64,000 nucleotides of DNA from Fimbriimonadales bacterium (GTDB taxonomy: Bacteria > Armatimonadota > Fimbriimonadia > Fimbriimonadales > JABRVX01). The stretch lies in contig BTVI01000006.1 in assembly GCA_045862955.1 (NCBI GenBank), positions 37,703 through 101,702 on the forward strand, written 5' to 3'. Under the pieces are notes generated by a model. That model was not told where the DNA came from. It saw only the letters and a program-made list of their open reading frames with translations, and did not search any database. Positions within the stretch are counted from its first letter, which is position 1. Each line of letters starts with the position of its first letter. Shown here in pieces: positions 40,795-50,060 of the stretch. Made by a program: the position numbers and the translations under genes.

Positions 40795-41733
40795 TTCTCT
40801 CCTCCGGTTTCCAGCACCCGTTCCACCTGCCGCAATATGGCCGCAGCGTCGGCGTCCTCGACGAGCCAGGAGGAGTGTTGCCAAACGACCCTGCCCTTCG
40901 GGTCGGTGACGACGACAAGAGGCGACATACGGATGGTGATGGTGTACCGAAGCGGGGTACTCGCGGTCTCCACTGGACGCTGGAAGATCCGTGAGTACGT
41001 CGCCAAGTCCTCTTTGGGTCGCACGAATGCTACACGCTGCCCGAAGGCGGCCCGGAGAATCCGGTACGCCGACTCACAGGGTGGGCACCCTGGCTTCCAT
41101 TACAAACACTCGATTGGCGATTGCCGTTGGGCCGACCTCGACTGATTGCACGAACCTCTGCGCCGGGACCCCGAGGAGTGACGGCTGCTGGGGGCGCGCG
41201 CCCACCGGCGCAGGCCCACGATCCGTCTGCATGGCAACGCTCTTGGTGGCAACTGCCGAGGACCCCCAGACCGCGAGCGACACGCCCACTAACACACCGA
41301 CAGGGAGCGGCCCGGCAAGTTTCGGCATGGGCATACTCGGCTGGACCGCTGCGGGCATGGCCCCCCCGAGAAGGCTCACCAGGAGGGGCAGCACGATCGG
41401 CTCCGTCAGGCGGGGCAACCCGTGCAACTCGCGAAAGCGTTGGTACGCGCGTCGCGACCCCGGCTCGGACCAGTCCCACACCTCGATCCCCGGTGTCCGT
41501 AAGATCTCGGCAAGCATCGCGCGGCACTGGGGGCAGCTCGGGGCGGTCACGAAGTAAGCGTCGTACTACGCGGCGAGCGCATCAGTCTGTGCTGAAGCCG
41601 AAAGGGAGTAAGCTACTACTGTCGGAAAACCCGCTGCTGCAACGAGGACGGGCAGCAGACCGACTAGGACGCGGCTCCGCGTGGAGCGAGCCCCGGCAGT
41701 GGCCTCAGAAGAGGGTGGTGGCTTCGCGATCAC
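40791..41733 (-). pseudogene. membrane protein with two thioredoxin-like CxxC domains, disrupted
   Basis: TM segment, in-frame TAG at 41566-41568, YFVTAPSCPQC, second TM, 1-bp frameshift at ~41097 into KPGCPPC...PLVVVTDPKGRVVW. Confidence 0.6.
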
Positions 41734-41831
41734 CTGAGGACCTCACTCGGACTCTAATATCGCACACCCTCTCACGAAATGCGAGACCGCGCCGAGTCTC
41801 GAATCCGCCCTCACTCCATCTGGCCTGATAG

Positions 41832-43640
41832 CTAAGGCTTTGGGAGACCAAAAGCCGAGAGCCACTCGCAGAGCCTTTGCACCCGCTCGGGGCCGGCCTC
41901 GGGTAGTTTCAGCGGCCTGCCGCGCGCGTCAATGATGATGCCCACCACACCGCCGTTGAGCGCTCGTCGCACCGACTTGCCCTTGCCCTCCCCCACATCG
42001 AATCCACGTGCTGGGCGAATCTCCGCCTCGACCGTCTGACGCTCCGGCAGTGGGATGACCAGGATATCCCCGAATGCCACCTTGTGCTCCGCACCGCCGA
42101 TGGAGACAGTGACGCATGGGTCTCCGCGCTTTGCCAGTCCCACCGGGGCGATGCAATCCCCCAACCTCACCAAGCAGTCCCGATCGAACACCTGATCGGC
42201 CGCTTCGGGCAAGACCTTGGACAGCACGCCCAACTGCGGCATCATGAAGATGGAGTCCACCGCGAGCATTGTGATGCCCTGCGGTTGATAGGCATCCATC
42301 ATCATCAGGGCGCTCTGCGCACGGCGCGGGGCGTGGCTGAGGACGCCTCCCGAGCCGATGATCATGCCCAGCGCGAACATGTCCACCAGCGTCATTCCGG
42401 TCTCGGTCTGCTCGAAGGCTTCGCCGATGCCCCGCTGCTGCTGGACTCCCTTCAGACCTCGAGCCAGCAGTTTGTGATGCTCGAACGCCAGCCGAAGCGC
42501 TTCTCGGGCCACAGCCTGCTCCAGCAGCAGGTCGTGATAGGTCTGTGGGATGGTGGTAGGCCGGATCATTTTGTTACGCATCCGGTTGCGCACCTCGAAC
42601 GGATCGATCTCGAAGGGCACCCAGCGCTGAATGTTTGCAACGCCGGTCTCCGCGAGCACATTGCAGATCGAGTAGCTCATGCCGAGGTTTGCGGAAACCG
42701 TGCGGTTCGCCGTGCCTCCGAATACAGAAAAGGTGTCCGTGGTGGCACCGCCGATATCCACACCGAGAATGTCCATCCCGCGCTGACGCGCGATGGTCCG
42801 CATGATTTCGAAGACCGCGTTCGGGGTAGCCATGATGTCCTCGCTAACCCACTCGGACAGTTTGGAGTAGCCGGGCGCCTGCTGCATGACGTGCTCGAGG
42901 AATAGCTCGTGGATGGCGTCGCGGGCGGGGCCGAGTTGCTCTTTGTCGAGGCTCGGTCGGAGGTTATCCACGATCCGGACGTCGATCTTGCTTCCGAGCG
43001 TCTCTTTGATCGTCTCTCGGGCATCCTTGTTACCCGCGAAGATGACGGGCAGCTTCATACCACCGAAGCGGGGCTTCGCGTCCGCAGCGAAGATAGTCTC
43101 CGCGATGTTATTGAGTTGGTCTACGTTCCCACCGTCGGTACCACCAGAGAGCAGAACCATGTCGGGCCGGAGCATCCTCAGCCGTTCGACCCGCTCGTGC
43201 TCCTTTCGGCCGTCGTCCACGGCGACCACATCCATGATGATGGCTCCGGCGCCCAGTGCGGCGCGCTCTGCGCTTTCCGCGCTCATGGTGCGCACCAGGC
43301 CCGCAACCGTCATCTGAAGGCCGCCACCCGCACTCGAGGTAGAGAGATAGAGATCCGCGAAGTTCTCGTCCTTGCGCGTTCCGATTCGCTTGCCCCGGTG
43401 GATGTACGAGAAGACCTTGCCTGTTTCATCCAAGAACTTCTTGCCGGAAAGCTCCTCGACTTCGCTCACAGCGTTGACGACGCCTACGGTGACGTCCTCG
43501 AACGGTGCTTCTACCGTAGTCGGAGCCTCACCTCGGACGATGAGCCGGTACTCGTCTCCCTTCTTCTCGATGAGAATGGCCTTGGTGGTGGTGCTGCCGC
43601 AATCCGTTGCGATGATGGTCTGGACTTCGTTGTCGGACAT
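41832..43640 (-). CDS. glmL: glutamate mutase L (GlmL/MutL-like ASKHA protein)
   Basis: ATDCGSTTTKA, STSSAGGGL, SGGTDGG, VDIGGATTD, GSGGVLSHAP. Confidence 0.82.
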   Translation of the reverse strand: MSDNEVQTIIATDCGSTTTKAILIEKKGDEYRLIVRGEAPTTVEAPFEDVTVGVVNAVSEVEELSGKKFLDETGKVFSYIHRGKRIGTRKDENFADLYLSTSSAGGGLQMTVAGLVRTMSAESAERAALGAGAIIMDVVAVDDGRKEHERVERLRMLRPDMVLLSGGTDGGNVDQLNNIAETIFAADAKPRFGGMKLPVIFAGNKDARETIKETLGSKIDVRIVDNLRPSLDKEQLGPARDAIHELFLEHVMQQAPGYSKLSEWVSEDIMATPNAVFEIMRTIARQRGMDILGVDIGGATTDTFSVFGGTANRTVSANLGMSYSICNVLAETGVANIQRWVPFEIDPFEVRNRMRNKMIRPTTIPQTYHDLLLEQAVAREALRLAFEHHKLLARGLKGVQQQRGIGEAFEQTETGMTLVDMFALGMIIGSGGVLSHAPRRAQSALMMMDAYQPQGITMLAVDSIFMMPQLGVLSKVLPEAADQVFDRDCLVRLGDCIAPVGLAKRGDPCVTVSIGGAEHKVAFGDILVIPLPERQTVEAEIRPARGFDVGEGKGKSVRRALNGGVVGIIIDARGRPLKLPEAGPERVQRLCEWLSAFGLPKP

Positions 43641-43743
43641 GTCGTGCGCGTTCCTCCGGCGGTTGGGTCGGGGTGGATTCGACCCAGAGTCTAGCATTGC
43701 GCGGGGCTTCGGCAAAACGAAACCAGTTTTCTGGGCTCCGGGC

Positions 43744-43772
43744 TTGACAGACAGCGATTCCTGGGTTAGACT
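43744..43772 (+). promoter_or_regulatory. sigma70 promoter with no downstream CDS
   Basis: TTGACA (43744-43749), 17 bp, TAGACT (43767-43772). Confidence 0.7.
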
Positions 43773-43775
43773 GTA

Positions 43776-44030
43776 GTCAGTGAGAGGACGGATCACCGTC
43801 CCGGTTCGGAGCAGGAAACTGCTCGAATACTTTGTTTATCGCCTTGACTTGGATAGGAAGAGGATGCAATAAGCATCCCGTCTCGCAAGTACACTGACAA
43901 TTGTGTTTGTGATTCCTCGATCTGGATAGGTACGGGTCTTACGACCCATCACTGCTTTGTAGTGTTTGGACCAATCTGGCTGGCGTGAGTGCTCCCTAGT
44001 GAGCACTCGGGTAAGCACTCACCCAGTCAT
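43776..44030 (+). ncRNA. candidate structured non-coding RNA of unknown family
   Basis: Own promoter; at least six hairpins plus a closing helix; no credible ORF. Confidence 0.55.
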
Positions 44031-44038
44031 TCCCGTTC

Positions 44039-44716
44039 TCAGTCTTCCCTGCACACCGTTAGCGCCGTAACGTGGCTCGCACCGGCCGCCATCAGCTCCC
44101 CCGCACACTCTCCCAGCGTGTAGCCGGACGTGTACACGTCGTCCACCAGCATGAAGCTTCGCCCCGTCACCCGGCCGCGGTTCACCACCCGGAACGCACC
44201 TGCGATGTTCCTACGCCGCTCCTGCCGTGTGCGCCCGACCTGCGGCGGAGTTCTTCGGTGCCTGACGAGCACGTCCGTAGCGCAATTCAACCCCAGGGCC
44301 TCTGCAACCGGTCTGGCGATCAGTTCCGCCTGGTTGAACGTCCGCTGCCGTTGCCGAGAGGCGTGGATGGGAACAGGTATGACCTCGTCCACGTCCGCTA
44401 CCTCGGGCCAAGCTCGCACTGCCTCCGCCAGCAGCTCACCGAGAGCGTTCCCTAGCGCGTACACGCGGTCGTACTTCAGTCTACGCACCGCAGCGCCGGC
44501 CGCTCCGTCGTATCGAAAGGCGGAACGGCAGGGGGCGGGCTGCTCCGGGCAGTGGTCGCAAGCGCCGCCCGGCCTGCCACAGCGCGGGCAGACGGGGCCC
44601 GATATGGGTTCCAGTAGTTGTCGGCAGTCGTCGCAGAAGACGGTGCGCCGAAGGCCGTCACAGACTCCGCATCGCGGAGGGAACAAGAGGTCGAGCAAAC
44701 CCTCGACCAGAAACAT
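44039..44716 (-). CDS. comF: ComF family protein (double zinc ribbon plus PRTase)
   Basis: LFPPRCGVC, CPRCG, PVPIH...RTFNQA, LVDDVYTSG. Confidence 0.93.
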   Translation of the reverse strand: MFLVEGLLDLLFPPRCGVCDGLRRTVFCDDCRQLLEPISGPVCPRCGRPGGACDHCPEQPAPCRSAFRYDGAAGAAVRRLKYDRVYALGNALGELLAEAVRAWPEVADVDEVIPVPIHASRQRQRTFNQAELIARPVAEALGLNCATDVLVRHRRTPPQVGRTRQERRRNIAGAFRVVNRGRVTGRSFMLVDDVYTSGYTLGECAGELMAAGASHVTALTVCRED

Positions 44717-45229
44717 CTAGTTCAGCTGCTCCAGCAGCACCTTGCTTCGTTCGTCCAGCGCAGACCAGTCAGGTATCTCGAATCGCACACCGTCAACGCT
44801 GGTGATCATCCACCTACCAGGCGAAAGCTCGTACGCGTTGTCACGCCAGTGCCGAACGTAGAACTGACAGCGCCCTCGGGTGGTCTCCACGTCGAACAAC
44901 CAAAGTGTGGCGTCCTGCTTCAGTCCTTTGATCGCTAGGATCGAGGGGGTGAAGTAGCGGCGGGCGAGGTCCTGGCGGACGATGGCTGCCTGTGTCTCAG
45001 GCAGTACCCCGACATCCTCGATGAGGCCGATCTCGTGACCATCGGCATCGTACGCCCCGATGAACCGCTCTGGATCGGAGAACGGGTAGGCGCGAGCGAA
45101 GTGAACATCGTAGTAGGTTGTCTCTCCGCCGACCGTCACCTTGGGGGTCTGTCTGCGCTCGTCCATCTCGATCTGCAGTTCGCTCGGAGCAAGAACCCGC
45201 ACCTGCGGCATCGGACGCTCGCCACTCAT
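44717..45229 (-). CDS. DUF1854-like protein
   Basis: RAYPFSDPERFI, ARRYFTPSI, VETTRG, DGVRFEIPDWSALD. Confidence 0.75.
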   Translation of the reverse strand: MSGERPMPQVRVLAPSELQIEMDERRQTPKVTVGGETTYYDVHFARAYPFSDPERFIGAYDADGHEIGLIEDVGVLPETQAAIVRQDLARRYFTPSILAIKGLKQDATLWLFDVETTRGRCQFYVRHWRDNAYELSPGRWMITSVDGVRFEIPDWSALDERSKVLLEQLN

Positions 45230-45397
45230 ACAACGATTCTACCGCGCTCTCCGAAAGCGCCACCGTACCCTAAAGAGGACACCGCCGACTACCGAAATCT
45301 AGGGTAGGCGGCAAGCGCTACCGGTGGGCTTCGCGCTGGGGCGAAGACGACGGCTTGGCTTGCGCCAAATACCCAATTACGGAGTTAAGGGAAGAGC

Positions 45398-45676
45398 ATG
45401 AAGAGCAAGAACTCTCAGACCACCACCAACTACACCCCCGGGACCGCTCCCGTCTACAATTGGAACGACATCAACGAGCCGGGCACCTACCTGTTCATCG
45501 AGTGGGGCACGCTTTGCCGCGTCCCCTACGACGGCGTTGCAGAGGGCAGGAGCCCGCGGGTGACGTTCTTTAGCAACATCCCCGTCGCCGTGGCGAAGCT
45601 GTCCGACGATCCGTACATCCCGATCTCCAAGGCTCGCCAGCTTGCGGCGGACAACGACCTCGTCGTCAACTTCTAA
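45398..45676 (+). CDS. small hypothetical protein (92 aa)
   Basis: Good RBS, biased codon usage and a following hairpin; INEPGTY...KARQLAADNDLVVNF. Confidence 0.75.
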   Translation: MKSKNSQTTTNYTPGTAPVYNWNDINEPGTYLFIEWGTLCRVPYDGVAEGRSPRVTFFSNIPVAVAKLSDDPYIPISKARQLAADNDLVVNF

Positions 45677-45702
45677 GCGGTTCCTAGAGACCGAACGATT
45701 CA

Positions 45703-45730
45703 TCGGGGAGAGAGCTAGCTCTCTCCCCGA
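45703..45730 (+). terminator. hairpin after small ORF
   Basis: TCGGGGAGAGAGCT/AGCTCTCTCCCCGA perfect palindrome. Confidence 0.6.
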
Positions 45731-45807
45731 TTCCGTTGCTGCGTACAGGCCTTCGCTAGACCCGTATGCGGCTGCTGCAGCTCGTAATCGCGGAGTCCCG
45801 CCGAGCC

Positions 45808-46936
45808 CGGTTCCCCCTGCAGCTCTGCGGAAGGGGGGAACCTCGAGGAACGGTTCCCCCTGCAGCCCTGCGGAAGGGGGAACCTTAAGGAGGGGGTCGC
45901 TTCCCCATGCCCCGGCCCGCGCCCGCCGCACAGCACCGACGCGTCGCGCGCCGCTGACCCAAGGACCGCGCCGGGGCAACTGCAGCACTTGCGCCCCCTG
46001 GCGGTCCTTTGGCCAGCCGAGCGCCGCGGCCCCCGAGAAGAACCCCCTCCCCAGCTTCGCAGGCCCTCCCCCTTCCGCAAAGCCTCCAGGGGGAGGGGTT
46101 GTACGCGCAAGCCTTTCCTCGCCTTTCCGGATTGCCACCCAGAGGAGGCAAGGAAAGCCGCAGAGATCGCAGACGGTGAGAGGCGGCGTGAGGACAGCGG
46201 TTCCCCGTGCAGGCTTTGTGGAGGGGGGGGCGAACCTGGAGGAACGGTTCCCCCTGCAGCCCTGCGGAAGGGGGAACCTTAAGGAGGGGGTCGCTTCCCC
46301 ATGCCCCGGCCCGCGTCCGCCGCGCAGCACCACCTCACCGCGCGCCGCCGACCCAAGGACCACGCCGGGGCAACTGCAACACTTGCGCCCCCTGGCGGTC
46401 CTTTGGCCAGCCGAGGGGCGCGGCCCCCGAGAAGAACCCCCTCCCCAGCTTCGCAGGCCCTCCCCCTTCCGCAAAGCCTCCAGGGGGAGGGGTTGTTCGC
46501 CCTAGCCTTTCTCCGCCTTTCCGGATTGCCACGCAGAGGACGCAAGGAAAGCCGCAGAGATCGCAGCTAGCAGGAGGCGGCGTGAGGACAGCGGTTCCCC
46601 CTGCAGGCCCTGCGGAAGGGGGAACCTTAAGGAGGGGGTCGCTTCCCCATGCCCCGGCCCGCGTCCGCCGCGCAGCACCACCTCACCGCGCGCCGCTCAC
46701 CCAAGGACCGCGCCGGGGCAACTGCAACACTTGCGCCGTCTTGGCGCTCCTTTGGCCGGCCGAGCGCCGCGGCCCCCGAGAAGAACCCCCTCCCCAGCTT
46801 CGCAGGCCCTCCCCCTTCCGCAAAGCCTCCAGGGGGAGGGATTGTACGCCCCGGCCCGCGCCCGCCGCACAGCACCGACGCGCCGCGCGCCGCCGACCCA
46901 AGGACCGCGCCGGGGCAACTGCAACACTTGCGCCGT
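45808..46936. repeat. tandem mosaic of ~350-395 bp GC-rich palindromic units
   Basis: CGGTTCCCCCTGCAG...GGAAGGGGGAACCTTAAGGAGGGGGTC unit starts at ~45851, ~46245 and ~46592, plus a partial fourth copy at ~46847-46936. Confidence 0.9.
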
Positions 46937-47278
46937 CCCGGCGATTGGGAGTATCCGGCGAGGGCGCCGGAATTACCTCTTCCGACGCAGGCCGCGTCGC
47001 CGACGAAGACGATATCGATCCCGTCGGAACTGCCGAGGACCGGCGTGCCGACGGGGTGCCCATCGCAGGTGTAGGTCCAGACCGGATTCGCTCCAACTGA
47101 GAACACGCCGTTGGTCTGCGATACCTGGTAGCAATACACCTTGTCGTCGTCGGCCCCCACGTAGAACCGGTAGCCGCGCTGCTCATCCCTTGGACCGGGC
47201 GCCACACCGGTCGCTGGCGCGGGGGGGGGTGAACAGGTACGCAGCCGCGACGGCTGCGAAGAAGAGGCATCCTTTCAT
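46937..47278 (-). pseudogene. fragment of secreted PQQ/BamB-like beta-propeller gene
   Basis: Signal peptide MKGCLFFAAVAAAYL; frameshift at a C9 run; FYVGADDDKVYCY, PVWTY, GTPVLG, IVFVGD blades; frame then runs into the repeat mosaic. Confidence 0.55.
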
Positions 47279-47612
47279 CGTCTTGGGTCTCCGCATGTGC
47301 CGAGCTCGGCCCGTGCGGCGGCTCTGGCTGCAACGTCGCCCGCGGGAATCTACTTAGCACACGAGCACGGGTGCAGCAAAGCTCGCTGATCCGCAACCTC
47401 GCGCAAGTTCGTTCTACACGAGCGCACTGTGCTAGCCATGCTAGGACTCTGCAGTATGGGGCCGCCGGCCTCGACGGCTCGACTGCGAAGCCTACGAGAG
47501 TGCCCCTGCGCGGTCCCCGGCTTATGCTGGATGGGAGCTTTACCGAAATGGATCCGGACGCGCGCTGGGGCATGAAGATCGAACCGGCCCGAGCAGTCAG
47601 ACGATGGGGCTG

Positions 47613-48554
47613 CTACTGCTTCGCCAGCAGCCGGTACTTCGCGCGGTCAAGCAGCACAGCGAGCAGAAGGATGACGCCCGTTACCACCATCTGGTAGAAC
47701 GCGTCCACGTTCTTCAGACGCATCACGTTCTCCACGATGCCCATGATCAACACCCCTACCACGGTGCCGCTGATAGTCCCCACGCCACCGGACAGCGACA
47801 CGCCGCCCAGCACGCAGGCCGAGATGGCCTGAAGCTCTAGCTTCTCTCCCGCGTTGTTACTCGCTACCACCAGGCGCGAAGCCGTGATTACCCCCGCGAA
47901 TGCTGCGGCCATGCCCGAGATGACGAACACGGCCATCTTGGTCCTCGCCACCGGAATGCCGGCCAAGTGGGCAGCTTCGCGATTGCCCCCTATGGCCAGC
48001 GTGTTGCGCCCGAACACCGTCTTGTTCAGCATGATGCCAAACAGTACGAAGAACGCGATCATGATCCAGATGGGCAGCGGCACCGAGAGGTACGTCTGAT
48101 TGCCCAGGTACTCGAAACCCGGTCGCGAGGCGGTTACCGGCGTCCCGTGCCCCAAGATGTTCGTCAGGCCGCGCACGATCTGCATGGTGGCCAGAGTGGT
48201 GATCAGCGCGTTGATTCCGAAGCGAGAGATCACCACACCGTTGACCGAGCCCACCAAGGCACCGGCAGCCACCGCACACAACGCTCCGTACCACAGACTC
48301 CCCGAGGCGTTCGCGACCAACACCGCCACCATGCCGCCAAGCGCGAGAGTGGAACCGACAGACAGATCGAAGTCACCGCCCGCCAGGCAGAACAGCATTG
48401 CGCAGGACACGATCCCGACCGACGAAACTTGCAGCCCCAGGCTGATCATGTTGTCTAGGCTGAGAAAGCGGGGAGTGATCAGGAATGCGGCCACCACGAC
48501 GAAGCCGAACACCACGATCATGCCGGACTGGACAACGAACTGCTTGAGGTTCAT
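47613..48554 (-). CDS. araH: monosaccharide (arabinose-type) ABC permease
   Basis: GDFDLSVGS, TVFGRNTLAIGGNREAAHLAGI, ELQAISACVLGGVSL. Confidence 0.85.
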   Translation of the reverse strand: MNLKQFVVQSGMIVVFGFVVVAAFLITPRFLSLDNMISLGLQVSSVGIVSCAMLFCLAGGDFDLSVGSTLALGGMVAVLVANASGSLWYGALCAVAAGALVGSVNGVVISRFGINALITTLATMQIVRGLTNILGHGTPVTASRPGFEYLGNQTYLSVPLPIWIMIAFFVLFGIMLNKTVFGRNTLAIGGNREAAHLAGIPVARTKMAVFVISGMAAAFAGVITASRLVVASNNAGEKLELQAISACVLGGVSLSGGVGTISGTVVGVLIMGIVENVMRLKNVDAFYQMVVTGVILLLAVLLDRAKYRLLAKQ

Positions 48555-50044
48555 GCGGACACTCCGGTGGAGACGGACTTGGGCAGTGCGAGTTCCAGCA
48601 GAGCCTGCTCAGTAGCCTCCGAGGTGGGCATCTCACCGGTGACACGGCCCTCGCACATCACGATGACGCGATGGCTCAGCGCCAGGATCTCGGGCAGTTC
48701 GCTGCTGACGAAAACTACGCCGATTCCTTGTGCTGCTAGCCCGCGGACGATGCCGAAGATCTCGGCCTTGGCTCCGACGTCGATCCCGCGCGTAGGCTCA
48801 TCGAACAGGATTACCTTCACATCTTCGCTGAGCCAGCGCGCAAGGATCACCTTCTGCTGGTTTCCGCCGCTCAGATTCGCTACGGGGGTCTCTAGCGACC
48901 CAGTGCGGATGCGGAGCTTTTCGATGAAGCGTTGCGCGTTCTCCCGCTCCCGCCGAGCGGCCAGCCACACGCGCAGGCGCGCCAGTGCTCGGCGGATGCT
49001 GAGATTGATGTTCTCGGACACCGAGAGCATGGGCACGATGCCCTCCTTCTTCCGGTCCTCCGGACAGAAGACGATGCCCGCACGGATCGAGGAATCGGGC
49101 CCACGGCGCGACACTGGCACGCCACGGACCAGCACCTCGCCCACACGGCCCATGTAGATGGCCTTCAGCAGTTCGGTCCGGCCCGCACCGACGAGTCCGA
49201 AGATGCCGACAATCTCTCCCTCCCGGGCGACGAGGCTGACCGGCTCGGCCAGGCCAGGGCCGTGGACGCCCCGAACTTCGAGCACAGGCGGACCATACTC
49301 GGCTGGGATCTCGGACTTGACATGGATCAGTTCTCTGCCCACCATGCGGTTGGTGATCACCCCCGCGTCCACGCCCTCCATGCTCGTGAAGGTCTCGATG
49401 TGCTGGCCGTCTCGAAGCACCGTACAGGCATCGCACAGCTGCACCACTTCGTCCATGCGATGCGACACATAGAGCACGGAGAGACCTCGGTCGCGCAGTT
49501 CCCGAATGAGCGCGAACAGCGTGTCTACTTCTCGCGCACTAAGACTGCTCGTCGGCTCGTCGAAGGCGATCACGCGCGCGTTCCGAGAGAGAGCCTTCGC
49601 AGTCTCCACCATCTGCCTCTGGGCGAGGCTGAGAGACCCTAATCGAGTCCACGGGTTCAGGTCCAGCCCGACGCGCCGAAGCGACTCGGTGGTCTTCCGC
49701 GCCAGCTCCCGGCGGTCCACGAACGGTCCCTTTCTGGCGAAGTGCCCCAGCCACACGTTTTCGGCCACGCTCATCTCGGGGACCAGGTTCAGCTCCTGGT
49801 AGATGACGGCCACGCCGGCATCCAGAGCCTCCCAGGTGGTGTGAAAGCGGTAGACCTTGCCGTCAATCTCGACGTGTCCCGTCTCCGGCCAGTGGACGCC
49901 GCTGAGTACCTTGAGCAGCGTGCTCTTTCCTGCGCCGTTCTCGCCACACAGCGCATGGATGCTGCCATCGGCAACGGTGAACGACACGTTCTGCAGGGCC
50001 TGCACCCCTGCAAACGACTTGGAGATGGAGTGGAAGCCGACCAC
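48551..50044 (-). CDS. araG: monosaccharide ABC ATP-binding protein (two ABC domains)
   Basis: GENGAGKST, FDEPTSSL, CPEDRK, LSGGNQQK, DEPTRGIDVGAK. Start approximate. Confidence 0.88.
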   Translation of the reverse strand: MVGFHSISKSFAGVQALQNVSFTVADGSIHALCGENGAGKSTLLKVLSGVHWPETGHVEIDGKVYRFHTTWEALDAGVAVIYQELNLVPEMSVAENVWLGHFARKGPFVDRRELARKTTESLRRVGLDLNPWTRLGSLSLAQRQMVETAKALSRNARVIAFDEPTSSLSAREVDTLFALIRELRDRGLSVLYVSHRMDEVVQLCDACTVLRDGQHIETFTSMEGVDAGVITNRMVGRELIHVKSEIPAEYGPPVLEVRGVHGPGLAEPVSLVAREGEIVGIFGLVGAGRTELLKAIYMGRVGEVLVRGVPVSRRGPDSSIRAGIVFCPEDRKKEGIVPMLSVSENINLSIRRALARLRVWLAARRERENAQRFIEKLRIRTGSLETPVANLSGGNQQKVILARWLSEDVKVILFDEPTRGIDVGAKAEIFGIVRGLAAQGIGVVFVSSELPEILALSHRVIVMCEGRVTGEMPTSEATEQALLELALPKSVSTGVSA

Positions 50045-50060
50045 GATCGTTGCTGGCCGA

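Noticed and set aside
41566..41568. Pyrrolysine or stop-codon reassignment at the in-frame TAG
   Set aside because: TAG terminates many intact genes here and the same gene also has a frameshift, so pseudogenisation is simpler.
43985..44022. CIRCE (HrcA) operator
   Set aside because: The half-sites are in the wrong order and spacing relative to TTAGCACTC-N9-GAGTGCTAA, and no chaperone gene is adjacent.
43700..44030. Cobalamin riboswitch for glmL, or raiA-motif RNA next to comF
   Set aside because: I could not find the B12-box or the raiA core consensus on either strand by eye. A cmscan is still needed to exclude them formally.
45377..47573. Long Pro/Arg/Gly-rich ORFs across the repeat mosaic
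   Set aside because: Open frames arise from the GC-rich repeats on both strands and show no protein-like features.
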